Positions 8,819 to 14,772 of a stretch of 32,000 nt of DNA are shown here, piece after piece. Position numbers and translations under genes: made by a program. The first letter of the stretch is position 1, and each line of letters begins with the position of its first letter. This DNA comes from Candidatus Diapherotrites archaeon CG08_land_8_20_14_0_20_30_16 (lineage in GTDB: Archaea > Iainarchaeota > Iainarchaeia > Iainarchaeales > 0-14-0-20-30-16): contig PEXK01000017.1 of the NCBI GenBank assembly GCA_002779075.1, positions 1 to 32,000 on the forward strand. Reading direction: 5' to 3'. The notes beneath the pieces are model-generated. The model made no database searches. It saw nothing but the letters and a program-made list of their open reading frames with translations, and was not told the origin of the DNA.

Positions 8819-9016
8819 GCCTTTGAATGGCTTGCGTTAGCAAGAGCTTCTGAGGTATATGTTTATGACGAGTTATCGGAATAAACTCTGCCTCTGAATG
8901 GCTTGCGTTAGCAAGAGCTTCTGAGGTATATGTTTATGACGAGTTATCGGAATAAACTCTGCCTCTGAATGGCTCATGAAGATGAGAGCTTTTGAGTTAT
9001 ATGAAGTATCTTACAG
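8819..9016. repeat. 71-bp tandem repeat: two near-identical copies plus a diverged third, each with a 5-bp stem and 4-nt loop hairpin
   Basis: Copy A is 8819-8889, copy B 8890-8960, and copy C runs from 8961 and decays into the bud32 3' end. The hairpin is CTTGC-gtta-GCAAG in A and B and CTCAT-gaag-ATGAG in C. Confidence 0.85.
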
Positions 9017-9601
9017 ATACTTCTTTCTCTTCTGAATTTTTTCCATATATTTGATTACTTCTGGAGATTCTTTTTGATACTCTTTTTCAAACACAGCCCA
9101 ATATTTGAGGCCAAAATCAGCAACAGTGATTTCTCTCAAAACCTCTAAATCAGTAGCTTTATCTTCTAATTTTGTTGAAACAAAGCTTAAACCAAAATCT
9201 ATGAAATAAGGAATTTTTCTGTGGGGATCAAAAAGGATATTACAAAGAGTTAAATCGCCATGAATAATATTGTTTCTGTGCAATTTAAATACATCATTAG
9301 CAATATTTTTCAATATTGTAGGGTTTGATTTTACAATAGATTTTGCCTCAATATAGGGGATGTATTCCATTAAGATATTGTAATTATCAGAATAATAAAC
9401 AAATGGACAATTAACCTTTGCATTTTTTGCCAAGCTTAAATTTCTAACTTCGCTTTTAATTCTTCTGCTCAAAATAGATTTGTCTAATTCTTTAGCTCTG
9501 TACAATTTAGGAATTCGCTTTTTTAAAATATATTTCTTCCCAAATATTTTTGAAAAAAATATTTTGGCTTCTGCGCCTTCTGCAATAAAATTAGTTTTCA
9601 T
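9011..9601 (-). CDS. bud32: Bud32/PRPK-type Kae1-associated serine/threonine kinase (KEOPS subunit)
   Basis: Short RIO-like kinase with catalytic-loop HGDLTLCNILF and DFGLS. The ORF track extends to 9646, but that overlaps the upstream gene. The ATG at 9601 (MKTNFIAEGAEAKIF) is the likely start. Confidence 0.88.
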   Translation of the reverse strand: MKTNFIAEGAEAKIFFSKIFGKKYILKKRIPKLYRAKELDKSILSRRIKSEVRNLSLAKNAKVNCPFVYYSDNYNILMEYIPYIEAKSIVKSNPTILKNIANDVFKLHRNNIIHGDLTLCNILFDPHRKIPYFIDFGLSFVSTKLEDKATDLEVLREITVADFGLKYWAVFEKEYQKESPEVIKYMEKIQKRKKYL

Positions 9602-9611
9602 GTTATCCCTT

Positions 9612-10112
9612 TTACTCAGGGCAGAAAACAAAAAGTAAATCTTCACTTAATTGCAAAGAGTATTCTACATTTGACATTCTTGAAGAGAAATCTTTTTGAT
9701 CAACATTAGAATACTGACCCTTAACCAATTCAAAGTACTGCTTTGCACTTTCTAAGCTTTCTTTTGCCTCTTTAAGATTTTGTTTCATATCTTTTGCGTC
9801 TTTAGTACATTTATATGAATAATTGTCACCAGTACCTAGTTTGCCTGCTAACTCTTTTGCAGTACCTGCTGCTAGCCAATATTTTGCTTCAAACTCTAAT
9901 CTCTTTTTATCCTCATCTTTTGCCTGACCAGCTAGCTTAGACAGATCTTGTGAAAATAGCAAAATCTTTTCAGGAGGTGCAGAATCGCCAATTGTGTATT
10001 TCAATTTGAGTTTATCTATCTTTGCACCTATACTAGAAGTATTTAAGTTATAAACATAAAAAATAGCTGCCAAAAGAACAATTATCAACACCAAAGCGCC
10101 AAACTTAGACAT
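9612..10112 (-). CDS. Hypothetical membrane-anchored or secreted protein (166 aa)
   Basis: N-terminal hydrophobic anchor FGALVLIIVLLAAIFYV followed by a charged Lys/Glu-rich helical region. No recognisable motif. Confidence 0.55.
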   Translation of the reverse strand: MSKFGALVLIIVLLAAIFYVYNLNTSSIGAKIDKLKLKYTIGDSAPPEKILLFSQDLSKLAGQAKDEDKKRLEFEAKYWLAAGTAKELAGKLGTGDNYSYKCTKDAKDMKQNLKEAKESLESAKQYFELVKGQYSNVDQKDFSSRMSNVEYSLQLSEDLLFVFCPE

Positions 10113-10173
10113 TCATACCACACTAAAATATACACAAATATATATATAAAGGTTACGTGCCTCTTTAAATAGA

Positions 10174-10755
10174 ATGTTCTCAGAGCTTATTCAGTTAGTT
10201 GTTCTGTTTTTTGTAATTGTTGACCCTTTTATGAGTATGGGTATATTTTACAGTGCAACACAAACTTTAAAGGATAAAGAAAGGCACAAAATTGCTTTGA
10301 TTGCAGTAGGTGTTGCTGTAATATTATCTAGCCTTTTTTTAGTATTTGGTATGGGTGTTCTAAATGTACTGCATTTAAAACTTGGGGATTTTCAAATTGC
10401 TGGCGGAATCATATTAGCTCTTTTAGGAATACAAATGGCAATTGGCCATGCAGGAAAAGAAACAAACAAATTCTCACACCAAAACGCAAGAGCAATAGCT
10501 GCAGTAATTGGCACACCTTTGTTAACTGGGCCTGCAACAATAACAACAATAATTATTTCAACATCAAAGTTTGGGATATTAAGTACTGGCCCGGCTTTGG
10601 CAATTGTTTTTGTTTTTACTCTTTTACTTCTTTATTTCGCACCAAAGATTACAAAGATTTTGGGCCCAAACATTACCCAAGTTATAACAACACTTTTGGG
10701 AATGGTCACTTTGGCATATGGTGTAGTTTACATCAAAGCAGGTCTATTACTTTAG
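10174..10755 (+). CDS. MarC-family (UPF0056) integral membrane protein
   Basis: 193 aa with about six hydrophobic helices. The N-terminal FVIVDPF motif and the size fit the MarC family. Confidence 0.7.
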   Translation: MFSELIQLVVLFFVIVDPFMSMGIFYSATQTLKDKERHKIALIAVGVAVILSSLFLVFGMGVLNVLHLKLGDFQIAGGIILALLGIQMAIGHAGKETNKFSHQNARAIAAVIGTPLLTGPATITTIIISTSKFGILSTGPALAIVFVFTLLLLYFAPKITKILGPNITQVITTLLGMVTLAYGVVYIKAGLLL

Positions 10756-10775
10756 ACAGCAAAATTTTGTGTAAT

Positions 10776-10846
10776 GCTAGGGTACAACACTAAACGTATA
10801 TTTTTATATGCTACGAAGGTGTAACACTAACAGTAATTTTATATAT
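10776..10846 (+). promoter_or_regulatory. Duplicated promoter-like module upstream of rnhB
   Basis: Two imperfect direct copies: gctagggtacaACACTAAacgtatatTTTTATATg and gctacgaaggtgtaACACTAAcagtaaTTTTATATa. The second TATA lies about 30 nt before the rnhB ATG. Confidence 0.45.
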
Positions 10847-10877
10847 TGAATGAACTTATTTTCATTATTGTGATATT

Positions 10878-11522
10878 ATGTTGATTGCTGGTATTGATGA
10901 AGCAGGAAGAGGTCCTGTTTTAGGGCCGATGGTAATGGCTATTTATGTAATTGATTCATCAAAAAATAATGAATTAAAAAAGATAGGCGTAAAAGACTCT
11001 AAATTATTAACTAAAAGGCAGAGGGATATTTTTTATAAAAAAATAAAAAAGATTGCAAAAGAATATCACAGTATACAGATTTCTGCAAATGAAATTGACA
11101 AACAAAGAGAAAAAGATTCTTTAAATTATATTGAAATAAAAATGGCTGTAAAACTAATTAACAAATTAAAACATAGACCTGAATATATTTACGTAGACTG
11201 TCCACAAACAAGCACAGAAAAATACAAAGACAAATTATATTCTTTAATTGATTATGACACAAAATTGATTGTTGAAAACAAAGCAGATGTAAATTATTTA
11301 GTTGTTGGTGCAGCAAGCATAATTGCAAAGGTCGAAAGGGACAAAGAGTTGTGGAAGTATGAAAAAGATTTGGGTTTCAAAATTGGCTGCGGCTATCCTC
11401 ATGACGAAATCACAATAAAAGCAATAAAAGAAATAGAAAAAACAAGGCCAGAAATAATAAGAAAAAGCTGGCAAACATATATTGATATAAAAAATAAGGA
11501 AAAACAAAATAAATTATTTTAA
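10878..11522 (+). CDS. rnhB: Ribonuclease HII
   Basis: N-terminal GIDEAGRGPVLGPMV (the DEAGRG catalytic motif); 214 aa. Confidence 0.93.
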   Translation: MLIAGIDEAGRGPVLGPMVMAIYVIDSSKNNELKKIGVKDSKLLTKRQRDIFYKKIKKIAKEYHSIQISANEIDKQREKDSLNYIEIKMAVKLINKLKHRPEYIYVDCPQTSTEKYKDKLYSLIDYDTKLIVENKADVNYLVVGAASIIAKVERDKELWKYEKDLGFKIGCGYPHDEITIKAIKEIEKTRPEIIRKSWQTYIDIKNKEKQNKLF

Positions 11523-11738
11523 TAATTCAATCAATTCTTCAAGAGTCAAATCTATTTGCCGCATAATTGCTCTTAGTGTCCCTTTTGCAATTACTTTGTG
11601 ATTTGGAACAGTAACTCTAGTATATGGTTCTATGTTTAATCTTAGAATAATGTGACTTCCAGTTTGATGATCCATTTCAAAATTCAATTTAATTAAGGCT
11701 TTAACTAAATCTCTGCCAGAAATAATTGGTAGTTTTAT
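11514..11738 (-). CDS. hicA: HicA-family mRNA interferase toxin with no canonical start codon (ATA at the expected position)
   Basis: Not in the ORF track. The reverse-strand frame reads (I)KLPIISGRDLVKALIKLNFEMDHQTGSHIILRLNIEPYTRVTVPNHKVIAKGTLRAIMRQIDLTLEELIELLK*, a typical HicA/YcfA with the GSH motif. The frame opens only 11 codons upstream and has no ATG, GTG or TTG before KLPIISG. ATA at 11738-11736 overlaps the hicB TAA (ATAA). Confidence 0.7.
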   Translation of the reverse strand: MKLPIISGRDLVKALIKLNFEMDHQTGSHIILRLNIEPYTRVTVPNHKVIAKGTLRAIMRQIDLTLEELIELLK

Positions 11739-11956
11739 ACAGTCACAGGAATTAAACCTATAGTTTGCCTAAAAATAAGATTTGTTTTTTCTTCGGGATG
11801 TTTGTCTAAACTTTCTAAATAGCCTTTTATTGCGTCCTTTATATTCAAAAGGGCTTCATCTTTCGTGTATCCTTGACTGATACAACCCTGCAATTCAACA
11901 CATTCAGCAATAAATACATTGTCTTCATCTTTATACACTAATATAGAGTAATTCAA
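11735..11956 (-). CDS. hicB: HicB-family antitoxin (UPF0150-type, short form)
   Basis: 73 aa: YSILVYKDEDNVFIAECVELQGCISQGYTKDEALLNIKDAIKGYLESL matches the HicB N-terminal fold. TTG start is preceded by GGTGA. Confidence 0.8.
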   Translation of the reverse strand: MNYSILVYKDEDNVFIAECVELQGCISQGYTKDEALLNIKDAIKGYLESLDKHPEEKTNLIFRQTIGLIPVTV

Positions 11957-12081
11957 GCAATCACCAATATAATTAGATACAAAGAATTAATAAAGTCATA
12001 TCTAAATGTTCAGATATAAATGCGATACCTTTATATGTGCTGGTCTGATTCTAGACCAACTTGTGAAGACAAAGTTAGTTT

Positions 12082-13224
12082 TTATCTATTTTGACTCTTG
12101 ACTAAATTCTTTAAAACATCTTTGTATAATGTTGAGGGTATTGATTTTCCTTGTTTAGGAGGACAATAACAATTAAATGTTCCTGCTCTTTTATAGTTTT
12201 CTGATTTTTTCCAAATTTTTTCTAATGACGTTTTCCAAATATTCCCAAATACAGTAACATCATCACCTGGGCATCTTAATACTATGCCAGTTAAAGTGAC
12301 ATACATTCCACAAGCAATTTGATTACATCCCATTACGCCAGCATATGATGATATACCATCCTGTTTTAATTGATCAATTGTATTAATTCCTTTCTTAATA
12401 TTCCATTTGTAAATTTTAGTATATAGTTTCACCAGATCTTTTTTATTTGGAGTTATCTTTTTCCAATTCTTCTCATTAGAACATCTTCCAGAAATCATTG
12501 TAGGAGTTATTATAGTTGCAAAATTTCGTATTCTTGCCCATTTATAAATTTCAAAACTATTTTTATAACTTGGTTTTGTCAGAGGCAATATACACAAACA
12601 CAATCTAGTTGGATTTGTTTTATTAAATCCAGCATCAACTAATAATTTTAGGGCTATATTTCTTTTCAAAGTATAACCTTTAACATTTCTTACCATTGTA
12701 TCTTGAATATCAGTATCAAAAAAATTGAATCCTAATAAAATAGTTGTATTTAATTTTTTTAATTCTTTAACTAATTCTTTTCCAGTATTTATACCATAAT
12801 GTGAATTCCATTTTTTTGCTAATTTATCATCACCAATTACAGTTCCTTTTGTAAATATAATTGGAATTATTTTTTCTGAATGTAAAAATCTTAAAAATTC
12901 AATAATTCTTTTGTTTTCAAAAGGTTCGCCAGCACCTAAAAACTTCACTGATTTTAAACCTAATTTTTTTGCATCTTTTATTACTTTCACAATATCATCA
13001 TATTGCATTATTTTAGTTTTCCCAAAATCTACTCTATTGTTTTTTCTAAAACAATGTGGACAATTTAAACTACAATAGTTCCCAAAATCAATATCCAAAG
13101 TCAATATCTTGTCCTTATTCTCTTTTATTACTTTTTCAGAAAAAACCCAGCCATTTGCAGTATTAATAAAATCTTTAGGAAACCTGCCCTTAAAGATAAT
13201 AGGTATCTTAGGACTTATTTTCAT
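12082..13224 (-). CDS. Radical SAM enzyme with a C-terminal twitch/SPASM-like Cys motif; function unknown
   Basis: CSLNCPHC (CxxxCxxC), a GAGEPF SAM-binding motif, C-terminal C-x12-G-x4-C (GCNQIACGMYVTLTGIVLRC) plus FNCYC. ATG is preceded by GGAGA. Confidence 0.82.
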   Translation of the reverse strand: MKISPKIPIIFKGRFPKDFINTANGWVFSEKVIKENKDKILTLDIDFGNYCSLNCPHCFRKNNRVDFGKTKIMQYDDIVKVIKDAKKLGLKSVKFLGAGEPFENKRIIEFLRFLHSEKIIPIIFTKGTVIGDDKLAKKWNSHYGINTGKELVKELKKLNTTILLGFNFFDTDIQDTMVRNVKGYTLKRNIALKLLVDAGFNKTNPTRLCLCILPLTKPSYKNSFEIYKWARIRNFATIITPTMISGRCSNEKNWKKITPNKKDLVKLYTKIYKWNIKKGINTIDQLKQDGISSYAGVMGCNQIACGMYVTLTGIVLRCPGDDVTVFGNIWKTSLEKIWKKSENYKRAGTFNCYCPPKQGKSIPSTLYKDVLKNLVKSQNR

Positions 13225-13235
13225 CTACATCTCCA

Positions 13236-13622
13236 TTATACTATTCTTAATCTTTTTGTTTCTAAAGCTTTTATTTGTTCTTCTAAATTAAAATAATCTG
13301 CAGTTGTATTTGGCAATAATTTCAATGCACGCCTAGCAATTGCCAATAAAGGTCTAACTCTTCTAACTTTATAAGCATCAGGCAAACCATGCAAATATCG
13401 TTCAACATGCAAAGCCCAGTTTACTAATTCTTTTGGCTTGTCCAAAGGATATTGCATAACTATTCTTCTGTGTAAATCGTCCAGTTCTCTCATTCTTTCA
13501 GTTTGTTGTCTTCGAATTTTCAGGCTTCTTTTGGGCTTTCCTTTAGATACTAATTTTCCAGCTCCAAAATCAACATGAAACACTGTTGTTCTTCTCTTTG
13601 TTGGTCCAACCATAAATATCAC
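13236..13622 (-). CDS. Small, strongly basic hypothetical protein (about 125 aa)
   Basis: Arg/Lys-rich (KRRTT, KGKPKRSLKIRRQQTERMR, YKVRRVRP). The GTG at 13622 overlaps the upstream stop (GTGA); an alternative ATG lies at 13613. It ends 11 nt before the radical SAM ATG. No family recognised. Confidence 0.55.
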   Translation of the reverse strand: MIFMVGPTKRRTTVFHVDFGAGKLVSKGKPKRSLKIRRQQTERMRELDDLHRRIVMQYPLDKPKELVNWALHVERYLHGLPDAYKVRRVRPLLAIARRALKLLPNTTADYFNLEEQIKALETKRLRIV

Positions 13623-14149
13623 TCTTTATTTTCATCATTTTCTTCTTTCTTTTTTGTGAAGGTTTGTGAACCCAGCATCAATATACGGAAGTAATTATTC
13701 ATTATTGTTTTGTGATCATACAGGTATTCTTGGTTTGCAATGTCAACTAATGACAATAAAACTAATTCGTAATGTGTTGAAACGGCATCTTTTTGAAATG
13801 AGCTTTCAACATCCTGTATGGCTTTTGATTCTTTAGATTTTAAAGACATACTGGCATTAAACTCTTGCACTAATTTTTCTGCATGCTCTTGCAGAATATC
13901 CAAATGGGCAATATAATAAACACCTATTGTTCGTTCAGGATATTTTCTGTCTAAAGCATCATAAACACCTAACATAGCATTAGGAATTATATTAAAACCT
14001 GTCTTTTCTTGTATTGCTTTAATACAGGATACTTTTAATAATTCATTTTCTTTAAGGCTAGCCTCGGGAATACTATACCGTCCATTTAAATGCTTTAAAA
14101 GTAACAGATTATTATTAATATTGATTATACATCCACTAGTTATTTTCAT
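13619..14149 (-). CDS. Nudix-fold-like protein with a degenerate Nudix box and a C-terminal helical extension
   Basis: The N-terminal 85 aa follow the Nudix pattern (GCIININNNLLLLKH..GRYSIPEASLKENELLKVSCIKAIQEKTGF). The G-x5-E is present, but REUxEE is replaced by KAIQEK, so most metal-binding Glu residues are missing. Confidence 0.5.
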   Translation of the reverse strand: MKITSGCIININNNLLLLKHLNGRYSIPEASLKENELLKVSCIKAIQEKTGFNIIPNAMLGVYDALDRKYPERTIGVYYIAHLDILQEHAEKLVQEFNASMSLKSKESKAIQDVESSFQKDAVSTHYELVLLSLVDIANQEYLYDHKTIMNNYFRILMLGSQTFTKKKEENDENKE

Positions 14150-14190
14150 TACATCGCCTCACCTTTAATAGATACAAAATCTACACACTA

Positions 14191-14214
14191 AGCAGCATAT
14201 TTTTATATACTGCT
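14191..14214. promoter_or_regulatory. Inverted repeat spanning the TATA-like element upstream of the Nudix-like/rSAM operon
   Basis: AGCAGCATAT-tttt-ATATACTGCT (9 of 10 arms), centred about 50 nt upstream of the ATG at 14149. On the reverse strand it reads tatataaaaata. Confidence 0.4.
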
Positions 14215-14281
14215 AAGGTATAAATTCCAATACATAATCAATATACAATTTTTACGTATAAATTGTACTGTTTAATGGGCA

Positions 14282-14749
14282 TTATTTATGACTTCTGTCA
14301 TAAACACTCAACTCGCATTCTATTGGGCAATCTTCAGTTTCGTTTCCAACATTGCACAAAACACCAATATCTACAATATTATCCTTTGTAAAAGAAAAAT
14401 AATTCACATTGTTTGGATCATTGCTAACAACATCACCAGTATTCAAAGTATTAACTAAAGTTATGCAATCTGTTGCCAAACCAGTCTGCTCAGCCAAGGC
14501 TTTCTTTGACAAGATATTCCCCGAAGCAAAAGAATAATCATCTATTTTATATTCACTGCCTGTTGGGTTTTTCATTGCCATTTTTATTTTATTTGAAAAA
14601 ACCTCAGAACTCAAATACGTTTTCTGGTTGTTCATTACTAATATAATAGAATATATAATACCCAATATTGCCAAACCAATAACTGCACCAATCAGAAGCT
14701 TAAAAACACTTCCTGCTTGTCCTTTAGAATTAAACACCCTATTCCTCAC
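14282..14749 (-). CDS. Archaeal type IV pilin-like protein with a class III signal peptide
   Basis: N-terminus MRNRVFNSKGQ/AGSVFKLLIGAVIGLAILGIIYSIILV: a basic head, a KGQ-A prepilin-peptidase-type site, then a hydrophobic helix. Confidence 0.68.
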   Translation of the reverse strand: MRNRVFNSKGQAGSVFKLLIGAVIGLAILGIIYSIILVMNNQKTYLSSEVFSNKIKMAMKNPTGSEYKIDDYSFASGNILSKKALAEQTGLATDCITLVNTLNTGDVVSNDPNNVNYFSFTKDNIVDIGVLCNVGNETEDCPIECELSVYDRSHK

Positions 14750-14772
14750 AAATTTTAAATCCTAAATTTTAA

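Noticed and set aside
8819-8960. Tandem C/D-box sRNA genes (ATGACGA as C box, two CTGA as D' and D; about 60 nt from C to D)
   Set aside because: The C box is non-canonical (C in place of U). There is no convincing C' box, the guide spacings of 22-23 nt do not fit the usual roughly 12-nt archaeal guides, and no terminal stem joins the ends. It is kept only as an alternative inside the repeat finding.
8857-8966. Tandem mini-ORFs MFMTSYRNKLCL with an upstream GAGGT
   Set aside because: They are too short to support from sequence alone, would be transcribed antisense towards bud32, and the third repeat copy does not keep the ORF. Mentioned but not called as a CDS.
8819-9016. Possible CRISPR array
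   Set aside because: The repeats are contiguous 71-bp units with no unique spacers between them. There are only about three units, and no cas genes are nearby.
9602-9646. N-terminal 15-codon extension of the bud32 ORF (MKIYFLFSALSKRDN)
   Set aside because: It overlaps the 3' end of the upstream gene 9612-10112. The kinase homology begins right after the internal ATG at 9601.
12082-13224. Radical SAM gene as a prokaryotic viperin
   Set aside because: The cluster motif context (GNYCSLNCPHCF) and the Cys-rich twitch-like C-terminus do not match the viperin pattern (CNYKCGFCFH, no auxiliary-cluster motif) as I recall it.
13109-13291. 60-aa plus-strand ORF spanning the rSAM and basic-protein junction
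   Set aside because: It is antisense to two coupled genes, and its hydrophobic low-complexity translation is a composition artefact.
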